A stretch of DNA of 64,000 nt from Azolla caroliniana (lineage: Eukaryota; Plantae; Polypodiophyta). Both the position numbers and the translations under genes were made by a program. The stretch covers positions 3,286,001 through 3,350,000 of the forward strand of contig JBHGNT010000020.1 of NCBI GenBank assembly GCA_043228905.1. The letters run 5' to 3'. Shown here one piece after another: positions 25,172 through 37,588 of the stretch (position 1 is its first letter; each line of letters opens with the position of its first letter). Under the pieces are notes generated by a model. That model had not been told where the DNA came from. It ran no database searches and was given only the letters and a program-made list of their open reading frames with translations.

Positions 25172-26523
25172 TTTATTTATTTATTTATTTTTCCAAAAAA
25201 AAACTCCTTCCATTAGTTATAAAATTTTACAAATGAGACAATTATGTACACATCCCTGTAGGCACGCGATAGTTCCATCTTATGTGGATGCCCATTGACT
25301 CAAGAAAGGGAGAGGACGACCATTGTCGAATGAAGGCTATTCGTTGTCTTCCAAATCCATCGTAGCGGCCCTTAAGGCTATCATATTGGCTCTTTAGAAT
25401 GGCTACAATTTCACTCCATATCTCTTGCAGTAACCTTGTTGGATGTGCGGTTTGGTTGGAGAAGACTCATCTACATCATTGTTTCCATAGAATCCAAAGA
25501 GTTATTGGGCTGACCAATTCCAATAGCTCTTGAGATTTTTCATTAAGAGGAGGGGAGTGGACATTGCCGTTGGAGGAGAAAAAGTCCTCTTGTGCTTTTA
25601 TCACCAAAGTCAACCCCTCCTCCTAATGCTCGTATCTGCCAATTGCGGTCGGCCATGATAGCCGACATATATTTCCCCACTTGATTGAGCCTTGCACCTG
25701 GCATAATTGCAACAAGCGGCCAACCCCCCGCCATATTCGATGGGACGTTGGGCAGTCCCACAAAGCATGCCGTATTGATTCTACTGCATGTGGGCACTCT
25801 ACACAATTAGGAGATCTAAGGTTCCCACGTTGCCATGCTCCCACCGGTAGGGACTTATGTATTAATAGCCATTGGAATGTGGTAATTCGCCCCGCATGTT
25901 GTTGTTTCCAGATTTTCTACCAAAACTTGGTGATTATTGTGGGAGGAACTTGAAATGTGTGCCAGACCTTCATAGCAGCCGACTCTCAGGCGGTTTGAGT
26001 AGCTAGAATGTGGAGACCCAATCTAGTTGTGAATTGGAAGAAAGGGATGGGTTTGTTTCCTTGCCCCGCATAGGGATCACGCCATGTCCATTGCAAAGGG
26101 TCCCAACTGACCTTACATAACCATGTGTTTTCATGAGTACATATGTGTCAATCGGATTGAATTTTGATTAGATCAGGATCTATAATCCATTTATGACCAG
26201 TATACACGAGTACTCGAATTGCATTATTCTGTGTTGGTGTCTCAGTGTCTCGCAATTCAGAGCCTTCGAGCCTGTTTGGCGGTCCCCTACCTCTCGGAAT
26301 CAGAGATCCCTCCTCCTCGTCGCCTATCCATTTCTCCATTGTCATCCTTTGAGTAGCAGATTCCCCAATTAGTAAAGATTTAATGATTTCCGATCTCATA
26401 GTCCATCCGCCCCTGATTCCATGGAGTATGTTTGCCTGATCTTGTAGTGGTAGTGACATAAACTGTCACCAACATTCTATACTTTTTCTTGGACCTTCTA
26501 CAATGTATCCCCATGACAACCCA
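25172..26523 (-). mobile_element. 5'-truncated L1 LINE insertion upstream of gene copy 1
   Basis: (TAAA)n-type tail at 25172-25192. TSD ATGGAA (25166-25171, 26524-26529). zf-RVT CVECPHAVESIRHALWDC. Empty site in copy 3 (CACCATGGAAATTAAAATG). Confidence 0.9.
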
Positions 26524-26739
26524 ATGGAAATTAAAATGTTGGTGTGGTAAGGTAGACTGATTATTTTGCATGCCTTAATGTTTTGTTTAATTTCAAACTC
26601 GACATTTTGAAACAATTAATTTATTGAAATGATTTGGATGGTGTATAAACTTGTTTCATAAAAATATCATCAATATTAGAAGAGAAGGAAACACTTGTTT
26701 ATGTGTCTTAGTGAAATAGTTGAAAATCAATGCATATGT

Positions 26740-27345
26740 GAGCTCTAATCTTGTATGGACATCAATCAAAAATTTGAATGTCAATTGAAAATCCTATTAT
26801 CGCATTGTAATGCTCCATTGATTGCAAGCTAGAAATGTAAGGAGTAGATCCTTTACATTATTGCATAATCTGAACTGAAACTACTCCATTAATTCTTGGT
26901 CATCCCATGGAATATAGGTTGACAGTAAACGAAAATCAACTGCATTGAGTAAGGGCGAACCATCCCCTTATTGTAGCCTTCAGATGTTGTTAATTCTTGT
27001 TCTAACATACCTTGAACTCACTAATGAACTCCTCAAATTTATTTAACAAGGGAGAGATCCTTTTACCAATAATGGTGCAAACAAAGCTCATGTTGTACGA
27101 CTCACTAATGTGTCTACTAATCCCACTCTTGATGCATTAATTGCATAGTGGGAAGGATGCATTTTGATTGCAACAAGTACTTGGTTAAGGAACCCGCCCA
27201 ATTGTTATCCTGTTCCATCAAACTTCATGGAAAGATTGATTTTTGGCTCTTTAAGGATGCCTTAAGTTATTGCTCATTGCAGTAGACAGACAATAGGTAC
27301 TTGTAATTGTTGTAAATGTAATATCAACTCCTCATGTAGTTATTA
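26740..27345 (-). pseudogene. Tcn1-like chromoviral Gypsy gag relic (unit 1)
   Basis: Minus-strand translation KEPKINLSMKFDGT..LGGFLNQV...SRVGLVDTL...FAPLL, WDDQEL; heavily decayed. Confidence 0.65.
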
Positions 27346-27349
27346 TAAA

Positions 27350-29207
27350 TGTATATGTGAAAGCTAAGACTAAATCGGGTAGCCGGATAGTAACAGAATA
27401 CAGACAGGTTTAATGGATTCCTTAAAAACCCGGGAGAGACAGAGAGAGCAGAACAATAATCTTAATTCAAATAATAACACTATGTACATACAATGTGCTC
27501 AATGAGCACTTTTATACAAGTCCTTAAAAAGGGCTGACAAGTACTTCATTGCTCATACAAGCGACTGACACTAACTCCAAAAATATGCCTACATACTAGG
27601 CTAGATTCGTAGGCCTCTAACGGCCTACCGGTTACAATCCGATCCAGCTCTCCGACTTGGCTCCTAGTTCCGGATACCATCCGGACACGGATCCGGTTGT
27701 TCGTTCCACACTCCGATCCGGCTTTGGCTTGTTTAGCCTATCCAGATCCAGTTGTGCTTGTCCGCTCAACACTCCCCCTCAAGTGTCACTTGAGGTAGGA
27801 TCACAGTGTCAATGTTAGTGGTATCCGGTCCTCTCCTCTGGCTCTTCCTGGCGTCCTCCCGGCTGGCTCGCGCTACTCGTTCGGTCCGGTTCATCTTCCT
27901 ACGACGCATACGGTTCTGTGCATCTCGACCTTCTCGGTCGGCTTGTCTGCTCAGAAGTCCCTTTGTTGTTGTGACTCCGGCGCTTCTTGGCCCGTCCGTT
28001 CCTCCATATTGGTGTTAGCTTCCGCTACCTTATTGTCCGTTTGGCCTGGCTATCACCAATTCGTCTTCGGACTTCAGACCTTGCACGACATCGGACCACG
28101 TCCCTGTGTTCGCCTTCTTGGCCTTCTTGGCTTTACCTCCCCTTCTTTCAGCTGGCTTTGGCTTGGGCTTTCTGTTCTGGTGGCTCCCTTTACGTCTGGT
28201 CTCGGCTTCTTCAGTCGATTCGTGCACTGACTTCTTCAGTCGAGCCGGAGTCGAAATCGGTTTTTGACTCAGCTTTTCGGTCGTCTTTTTCATTCCTCCC
28301 CCTCATGTTTGGCAGCCTGATAGCAACAGAATACATACATGTTTAATGGAACCTTAAAAACATGAGAGAGAGAGAGAGAGAGACCAGAACAATAATCTTA
28401 ATTCAAATAATAACACTTTGTACATACAATGTGCTCAATGAGCACTTTTATACAAGTCCTTAAAATGGAATGACAGAAGTACTGTTAGGAATCAACCCGC
28501 CACAACCGATTACACATTCGTATTGGTGTGCAGAAACCAAATACTAGTACACAGATAGAAAAACGTGAAGACATAGAGATACTGATATTTACGTGGAAAA
28601 ACCTGAAATGGGAAAAACCACGGGGTTCCATAGACCCCGAGAAAACAAATCATTATAGTGCTGCGGAAGTACACATATGGAACTCGGAGGCAACGACCTT
28701 GAGTTCTCCTTCGTCTGATAGACGGCTACAGAGTTACACTCTCACTCTCTCACTCATGGTTACAAAGGCAACTGCCTCGTTCTAACTTTACAATAATGAT
28801 CAACTGCACTTACTAAAGTTTTCCCTAGTTGCTTATGAACAAGAGCAACTTTCCGGCTATTTACAAGTATAGCCCACAAGGGTATTTTAGACTATTTACA
28901 ATTAAAGTCTTCTGAAACGATTTCGGTTTTCGATTACAATTTCGATTTCGGTTTCGGCCTCTGCCTACATGCTTTCCAACACGGTACTTCTCTTCCCATC
29001 CAGAAGGACATGTTTCCCAACAAGTACTTCAATGCTCATACGAGAGGTTGACACTGACTCCCAAACTTATGCCTACATACTAGGCTAGATTCGTAGGCCT
29101 CTAACGGCCTACTGGTTACAATCTGATCCGGCTCCTAGTTCTGGACACCGATCTAGTTCTTCGTTCCGGACTCCGATCCAGATACGGTTGAGCTTGTCCG
29201 CTCAACA
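27350..29207 (-). mobile_element. Copia family D, internally deleted, with both TSDs
   Basis: 3' LTR 27350-27771, PPT CTTGAGGGGGAG, ~550 bp 3' region, partial 5' LTR ~28320-29207. TSD ATAAA (27345-27349, 29208-29212). Confidence 0.85.
28483..29022 (-). mobile_element. Solo LTR related to Copia family E, nested in the family D LTR
   Basis: TGTTAG...CCAACA; TSD AGTAC (28478-28482, 29023-29027). End sequence TTCCCATCC.GA.GGAC.TGTTTCC.AACA shared with 59030-59706, 60552-60614 and 62350. Confidence 0.88.
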
Positions 29208-29557
29208 ATAAACTCCAATGAAATCTTTGTGGCGAAGCCTTCACACGAGATACTAAAACAAGTTTTTACACAAAATAAACGAAATATATATTATATCAAA
29301 TTTTTGTAGGATATAGAAAGTTTATGAGGGTGTGTACAGTACAATGAGAAGATTCTAGGCTCCATTACATGTACTCTCAACAAGAGACAAAACAAGGATA
29401 TGAAGATATGAGTACACGAAAATGATAAGATCATGAGTAGAGCTTTAGGGAAGAGATCCTTGAGTTTTGGGGCGACATCTCACCGATGGAGAGATCATCG
29501 ACCCTATCCTATTTCTTTGCCGAACATTATAATATTATTATGACTCATAATAACAAC

Positions 29558-29770
29558 TAGTAATGGGCCAGATTTCGGCTCAAACCGAACTGAACCATTA
29601 AGTCGTGGCTTAATGGTTTATAGATTCAAAGCTATATAAATAGTTTGGTTTGGTTTCAAACGATACTATTTGGTTGGGTTTCGGTTCGGTTTGATTTTTG
29701 GGTTTCACGGTTTAGCGGTTTCGGTTTAAAGGTTTGGTTTATAGGTTAGAAGTTCAAAAATAATAAACCT
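29558..29770. mobile_element. Probable hAT MITE end
   Basis: TAGTAATGGG terminus-like motif followed by dense AACCG/CGGTT subterminal motifs. Confidence 0.45.
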
Positions 29771-30261
29771 AAAATTTCCCACTAACTTTCTGACTTTTAA
29801 TTTTAGACCCATAATACATGCTCTCCACTGCTCTACCTCTACAGACTACTACCTCCTCCTCCTCTTGACTCCTCCTACTACAGTTTACACATAACACATA
29901 ACACTCCTCTCTCGAATCTCATCTCATCTCTATACACAGGTATGACATCTTAATTTTTCTTAAATCTATTAGCCTCTTTTCAAAGGTGGAAATCACTTTG
30001 TCTCTTTGTTTCTTTGTACAAGCATACACCTAGCCTAGACCACATCAAGCGTTTGGACTTTGTTTAAATTACAGACAATTTCACTGTCCATGTAAGCCAA
30101 CAAGTTCATTGGCTTCAACTCTTCTGAGTTTTCATGCCTTAAAATGAGTCCAACTTATTTCATATCTTCCACAATTCTAACCTTACTAGGCTGCAACTCT
30201 TCTCTCATATGATAATTTTTACCCTTCCAGATTTGTAAATAACCTTTCAAAAGGGAGCCTT

Positions 30262-30995
30262 TCATGCCTTGTTTTCCAGTCTCATCACTTCAATCTTGTT
30301 TGCCTCTTGCATGCCCAAATCAGCATAGATATTACTCATGTAGATGTAGGTTGGGTCATCTTTTTCATCTAATAGTATCACATTTTGAAACGCCCATTTC
30401 CCAAGTTTTAGATTTCTCCATTTTTGGCAAGCATCTTGCACTGTATGCCACACTGCCACATCAATAGGATTCAGGAATAGTCATCTCCTTCATAAAATTT
30501 ATCACCTTATCGAAGTGGCCAACACAGGAGAAAAGATTGACCATGCAAGTGTAATGTTGCATTCTTGGAGTAATGCCATAGACTATATTCATCATTTCAA
30601 AATACATTTGCCCCTTGTCCAACAGACCAGAGTGACTACATATATTAAGCACAATCATGAATGTGACATCATTTGGGTTTACCCTCTCTCTTATCATTTT
30701 GTTAAACAAATCTAGCACCATTTCATCCTCCTCAAATTGGGAATATCCAGTCAATAATTGGTTCCATACTATTGTATTTTGAACCTTAAGACCATCAAAG
30801 ACCACTTGTGCTTTCACAAGCAGACCACACTTGGCATACATTTGCACCAATGCATTGCCAACTAAAACATTATCTCCTAAAAACCTGTCACAATCAATCT
30901 CAAAATGTAAATCTTGCCCCTTGTCAATCTCTCTTATGCTATCTCAAGCTTTCAAGATGCAAGCATAGGTAACTACATTTGGAGAAAATCTCTTA
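30262..30995 (-). pseudogene. PLS-E PPR pseudogene copy 2
   Basis: MVQMYAKCGLLVKAQVVFDGL..VWNQLLTGYSQ..TFMIVLNICSHSGLLDKG..HYTCMVNLFS; E domain after a frameshift; paralog of 11683-12445. Confidence 0.9.
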
Positions 30996-31132
30996 GGCTC
31001 TATGGAGCACATAGGTAGAGTTTAAGGGCATGATGGTTGTTGATTTTGAAGCTATATCGTTCATGTGAATTCTTAACTTTATTATGACAATCTCATGTAT
31101 GAATGAAACACGTCAAGGTACACTAACATTAC

Positions 31133-31262
31133 ATGTATGGTAAGCATGGGTGCTTGAAAGAGGCATATAAACTTTTTCAATGTGTGATGATGCCAAATTT
31201 TATCTCATGGAATGCGATAATGGCGGCATATGCCCATAATGAACATGCATGTTTTCTTATCA
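31133..31262 (+). pseudogene. Inverted PPR-motif fragment (copy 2)
   Basis: MYGKHGCLKEAYKLFQCVMMPNFISWNAIMAAYAHN; duplicate of the 12580 fragment. Confidence 0.75.
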
Positions 31263-31269
31263 TTTTAAT

Positions 31270-33903
31270 TTGTCAACTTTTTCCGGCGCATCCCGCATTT
31301 CCTGCTTCTGTCGTGTGACCATTTGTTTGAACTCTTGGATGGCTTTGTCTCGTTCATTCACCCCCTCTCCAATTTTAGTCCTGGTCAGCTCTACGCATTC
31401 CTCCAGCTTTCTCACTTTCTCCTTTGCTTTGTTCGCTCGGTCATTCGCCTCTTTGACCTACCTTTCTGTAGCTCGCAATTGATCCCACAATTTTTGGTCA
31501 GGTACATGTGGAATGTCCACGAAATCAAAGTGTTGCATGTGGTCTCCGGTTTTCTTTACCTTTTCTTTAGCTTGTCGGAACCTCTCCGACAAATCAACGT
31601 TGTCCTTCTCAATGTTCGAACATCCTTCATGTAAATTTTCGTTCGACAAATTGTCGTGGCCCTTCTGCATGCCTTCCGATGTCTTTTGTTGCCTGGTTTG
31701 TTCTGTTGTATTCTCTATGGACATCGACTAAGGCCGTGTGAAGTGGTGACATTTGAATTGTTGCGCCCTTGTTTTTAACATTTCGTTGTCGGTCGATTTT
31801 GTGTAATTCCTGTTGTTTTTTTAGCGTGGCTTCATCGAACATGGCCTTTTGAATCGAGCCATCATGTCGGAATAATGTAATCGATGAGCAAGACATTCCA
31901 CAAATTCATAAGATGTGCCGAACTATAAAATTGGTGCCAGCTCATGTGCTATTGGTGATAACTTAGGTAAATCAAGCACCTCACTTGAGGATGATTTCCC
32001 CTTCTCTAGACGACTAGTGTTTTCTTATTCGACATGCGCCTCTCATTCTATATTTGGTACTGGTTGTTCTATCGACGGTTATGTGTCGACCCATTGCCTC
32101 TTCTATGCTCAAACTCTCCTCTTTAGTTTGTGGATACCAACGGCTCTTCTGTTTTGTTCTGAAGCGCTTCCCCAGTCAAGTACCCCCAATCGATTGTCTC
32201 CTGATGAACAAGAGCAACTTCCCCAATCAAGTACCCCCAATCGATCGTCTCCTGGAGAATATTGCCGGTTGCTTGGGGATACAATAAAACTTGGGGACTT
32301 CTTGAAATACTCATTGTTGCCGCCCTGAGTTTTATAGGCTTTGTCCAATGGCAAATAATCGTCGAAGTATGACTTTAGCACCTTAGGGTTTACAGGATCT
32401 ATGCCATCCAACCCTTCACATTGCAGATTCAAATATCGACGTTCCTGCTTGTTCGTGAATTTTGCAACGTCGATTTGATGAACTATTTATGTTGCTTGAG
32501 GATGAGGTTCAACATCTGCGACCTTTAGGTAACCCTGTAGACCCTTGGTTTGCAGCCATTGGCGAAGTCGGTCTGAGACAGGAATTGGCATATATTTCTT
32601 TTCCTGTTTCATCAAAGTTGATGTTGTTGTTATAAATGATGGTCGGAGAAAGTTGGAAGTGCTGCTCTGGTTGTCTGTTGCGTATGGAGAAAGCTTGAGA
32701 CTGTTGTGTGATCACTCTATTTGCTTGAAAACATCTGTGTTGTTGTGGGGCACAGAATATATAGAGGAAGGGTTTTTAATGAAAAGATGAGTCACTTTTC
32801 GAGAAGTTTAATGACAATATGCTATTAATGGCAATCACAGTTCGAATATAGTAATAAAAGCTTTTAATAACCACCACTCATAATGAATACTAAATGATTT
32901 GTTGGCCTGTCCATTTATAATCTGGAAAGGATAGGGCCAAGAAGTCATCATAACAAGAATCATTTTTCTGTTATATCTTTGCCAAGTTTTTTTTTTAATG
33001 CTTATGCTATTTACATATTTGTCCCTTGCCACCTCATTGTGTGGTCGGTAGACTGTCGGCGTCATGGATTCTCTGACGTCAGTCTGTGATACAGTTTAAG
33101 TCAAAATCCATTCACCCATTTCGACATGATTTCGCTAGCTAATGTGCCGACTTGATATGTACCATTCTTACTGTTGACAATCCAAAATGGGCCTGTCCAG
33201 CGAAATTTGAGTTTACTTGGTATCAAACCCCATGACGACTATTATGAAAACTCCCCCATTAGTGACAAATATTGTCTTTTCCTAATCCACTGGGTGCATC
33301 CAAACCTGGTTATAGGAACTAAATCTTCCAGAAAGCTATAAATTTCGTGGTCAACACCTCCATCCAAAACTCCATCCGTAAAAGGCAATGCACATGCATC
33401 CGTTATTGTGGCCGCATTTATCTTTCTATAATCGACGCATACTCTGATCTTCCCATTCTTTTTTGGTACGACGACGACTGGGCTTAACCAAGTTGCCTTT
33501 TTTAGTTGTCGAATAAAACCGACTATAAATATTTTGTCGATTTCCTCCTTTACTTTCACAACATAATTCGGGATTAATCAGTACTGACGTTGTTGTATCG
33601 GCTTCGCATCTTTATGCAAATTGATTTGATGCTAATAGAATGCCAAATCTAATCTCTTCATATCTTCATATTACTGTGCGAAAACATCCTTATATTGACA
33701 CAATAGGTCAGTCATCTTGACTTTATTGGCCAACTCCATTTCTTTGGCAATGAGAATTGTCTTTTGTTCAGCATCAGCGTCGACAAAATTTAATTCGTTT
33801 AATTTCGATGCCTAAACTCTTTGGGATACCTGCATGTCCCTTTCTGAAGATTCTTGTTGAAGTCGTAATTCCCTTAATGATTTGTCATGCAAAGGAATTT
33901 CTT
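31270..33903 (-). mobile_element. Gypsy family C fragment (RT part, integrase C-terminus, extra ORF)
   Basis: 33230-33903 is nearly identical to 15104-15770. KLKFRWTGPFWI..KWVNGF at ~33090-33230. Extra-ORF motifs at 32330-32570. Confidence 0.85.
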
Positions 33904-35267
33904 CTCACACAAAACGTGTAGTTGGCCAATCTAACACTCTTTGGATAGTTGGATAAATAGAGATTCCTTAAGAAATGATGTAACCTAACAATTCCACTTA
34001 CTTGCAATCTAAGCTTCACTTCTCTAGTATTGAATAAAGGCCATATTCAAATAGTCATTCTAGTACTTGACGAACATTGACATCATGCTCCTCTTGTGTT
34101 TTTTAATAAATCAATAGATGATTAGAAAGATGTCCAAGAAATGTAAAAAAATATCATTAGCCATAGGTTGGAAAAATTCTTATGCATTTGAATATGAGGA
34201 AACTATGAAACTTCTCCACACAATCTTCAACAAGGGTGACATAGACATTAAACAATCCAAGGGATAAAATAGCGACTAATCCAAGTACGTTTCTAGAAAT
34301 CCTTATTGAACTTGTACGAAGAAAACCAACATTCTACAGGTTCTTAGATTAACTATTAAAAGACTCAACCCCAAAGATTGGAAATATGAACACATCACAT
34401 TTCTGAGTTTATGCAACAAATATAATAAGTACTACAATGACATCAAACATCCAAACTATGAAGACATATTTAAGGACGATTTAGTCATGATAATATAATT
34501 TCTTGTAGGAATTTTGAAATTGGTCCTTTACCATGGATACATTCCACGATCTATTTTAGGTAAACGCTTGAATTAATGTGAATGAGCACCAATTGCCCTC
34601 TTAATTCTTGTTGTCAATGGAGAGATTGGTGCAATTAATGTGTTTGATATGTTACCAACTTTTCGCTTCGTAGGAACCTTAATTAGACTTTGTGCTTAGA
34701 TATCCCTTGAAAACATTCTATGGGCTTGATCATCAACATATTTTTGGGAAATGTTGTTTGTCGTTACTTTCCCTTATTCGAGTAAACCTCTACACCAAGT
34801 GTTTAAATTGCCGATGTTGATTAGACTCCAAATATTAAAAAGAAATATGTCCTATGGACCATTACACTTCCTCCATTTGACATTCATCATGCGCCATTGA
34901 ATCATCTCATGCGAAGATATAGGAAATATCTTATATGCTAATATTTCTATGCACATAATAGCAATGTGTATACCAACTTTCACAAAGACTGTAGTGTAGA
35001 AGAAACATGTTCTATTTTAAAACTTTATAATATAGTTAATGAACTTGAGCACTTCATGAATATAGAAGTAACACTTCTGCAACTACTATGTAACATATAC
35101 CATACCTAGGTGTATCATAGGAGAAATGGAAAGGTGTTATTACATATGAAATCATATCTTTATTAACCAATAAAGACAACTTTATTTTTGTGCATGATAG
35201 TTACATTATGAATCATGCATTGTCTTATGGAACATGATTAACAATGGAATTGGAAAAGTGATTGAAT

Positions 35268-35516
35268 TTAATCATCATCTTCTGACGGAGTTGGAGCGGG
35301 AGGAATGGAAGATGAGGGAGGAGTCGAAGGAGTAATAGGATTTGAGGCAATAGGTGAAATAGGAATTGGAGAAATAGCTGGCCTTGGAATTATAGATGGA
35401 CAAGGCTCAGGCTCAGGCTCATCAGCATAGGTTGTTGATGGCCCCTGAACGACTAAGATTGTCACAAAAAGAAAAATACACAAAAGTCGAAATCGTTGCA
35501 ACTCCATCTTCCCCAT
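35268..35516 (-). CDS. Secreted Pro-rich small protein, copy 2 (T47A, P54S)
   Basis: Intact 82-codon ORF; 3 substitutions versus copy 1; TATA at 35611-35616. Confidence 0.8.
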   Translation of the reverse strand: MGKMELQRFRLLCIFLFVTILVVQGPSTTYADEPEPEPCPSIIPRPAISPIPISPIASNPITPSTPPSSSIPPAPTPSEDDD

Positions 35517-36299
35517 GGTATAAAAGAATTTATAGATTGAATAACACTTCAATATTGTATGGAGTATGTAATTAGGTTAGTCGGTGCTCCTAAGCTTCTT
35601 CCCCCGTGCCTTTATAGTGCCTCGATATCTTCACGTATCATCAATGACAATGAAAGATTTCAAAAATCATTAGTGATAATAATATCCATGGAGATTACAA
35701 TCTTAGAGTGAAAATAAACAATAATTGTTTTGCCTTCCCTTATGTTGTCTAGAATTTTCTATTTCTTCATTTTCAAGCATTCAGTCATTACATTGATTTT
35801 GTTGAAGAATCGATTTATTTCATGGGGAGTACTGAATTTCAAATAGATGTCCTGAAAATTTTTAAGTACATGACTATGTGATCTCTTTCCATTTTTCAGC
35901 GAACAAAAATGTTACAATAAGAAAACATATGTCACAAGCCATGAGAGTTACATTTCGAGGGCTCCATGGGCAATTTCCCTTGGAAATGGCGAAGTCATAG
36001 TCCATGGATGTTTTGGTTAAATTGCTTGATAATGGTGCTTGAGAAAAGTTTTCATTTAAATCATTATTAATAACAATCATCACGGAAATTAAAATGTTGG
36101 TGTGGTAAGGTAGACTAATTATTTTGCATGCCTTAATGTTTCGTTTAATTTCAAACTTGACATTTTGAAACAATTAATTTATTGAAATAATTTGGATGGT
36201 GTAGAAACCTATTTCACAAAAATATCGTAAATATGAGAAGAGAAGGAAACACTTGTTTATGTGTCTTAGTGAAATAGTTAAAAGTCCAATGACATTAAG

Positions 36300-37585
36300 T
36301 ATCTTTTTTTGTGATAGTAAAAGCTTGAGATTCTAGGTTATTTTGTTAATGATAGTTGATTTCTCTCTTTCTTGAGTCTATTTTGGGGTTATGTAGCTCG
36401 AACCACGATAAACCAAGAACAATTGGACGCTTTTCCTACTAATTATCTTAAAGAATATTACGCATGCCAATTACCTAGCACAACACAAACGTGTTCGAAC
36501 TCTTCTAAAGTCGAGGAAAATCTCTATCACGAAGAAAGAATAAGCCCCAATATTGAGTGGTGGAACATGAAATTGATGATTACTTGTTCTAGTAAATTTC
36601 ACTTGAGTTGAGAACACATTGATAACTTGCTGAGAAGAAATGGAACTACTAATGGGTTGGATAGATCTTGGACTGTCCAACCAAATGACTCCTATTTTGG
36701 CTAGGCCTAATTGCTTAACTCATCATCTAGTTGACTTAGAACCTCAATTTAATTTGATAAGCTTGCTTGGGCCACAATTTGTTAAATACCCCTAATGAAT
36801 TAGACTTAGATTTAATATGTCATAGACTACCACAATATGAACATAGGTGGTTGGCTTCACATGGTTGCTTTCCTCTGACGATGACATGCTGCACTAATTT
36901 CAATTGGTGTTTAGTATTTGTAGTACATGCATTATATTAGTTCCTTAGGGAGGGTTTTTACTATGATCAATGCATATGTGAGCTCTAATCTTGTATGGAT
37001 GTTAATCAAAACTTTAGATGTCAATCGCAAATCCTATTATCGCATTGTAATGCTCAATTGATTGGAAGCTAGAAATGTAAAAAGTAGATCCATTACATCA
37101 TTGCATAGATTGAATTGAAACTACTCTGTTAATTCTTGGTCATCCCATGGAATATAGGTTTCCAGTAGACAAAAATCAATAGCATAGACTAAGGGAAAAC
37201 CATCCCCTTATTGTAGCCTTCAGATTTGGTTGATTCTTGTTCTAACATGCCTTGAACTAATTAATGAACTCCTCAAAACTATTTACAAGGGAGAGATCCT
37301 TTTACCAATATTGGTGCAAACAAAGCTCATGTTGTACGACTCTTTAATGTGTCTACTAATCCCACTCTCGATGGATTAATTGGATAGTGGGAAGAATGCA
37401 TTTCGATTGCAAAAAGTCCTTGGTTAAGGAACCCGCCCAATTGTTATTGTGTTCCATCAAACTTCATGGAAAGATTTATTTTTGGCTATTTAAGGGTGGC
37501 TTAAGTTATTGCTCATTGTGGTAGAGAGAGAATAGGTATATGTAACTGTTATAAATGTAATATCAATTCCTCATATTGCTATTAT
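36300..37585 (-). pseudogene. Tcn1-like gag-protease relic (unit 2)
   Basis: gag motifs as in unit 1, plus protease C-terminus PIVLGLSWFELHNPKID. Confidence 0.65.
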
Positions 37586-37588
37586 AAA

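Noticed and set aside
29213-29550. 5' LTR/leader of the Tcn1-like relic
   Set aside because: The position fits, but the termini and PBS could not be established.
30100-30262. DYW deaminase domain after the PPR E domain
   Set aside because: A stop follows directly after ...MRLENKA; no HxE/CxxC/DYW motifs seen.
32167-32255. 51-bp tandem duplication giving LPQSSTPNR repeats in a plus-strand ORF
   Set aside because: Local duplication inside the Gypsy C remnant; the plus-strand ORF is antisense noise.
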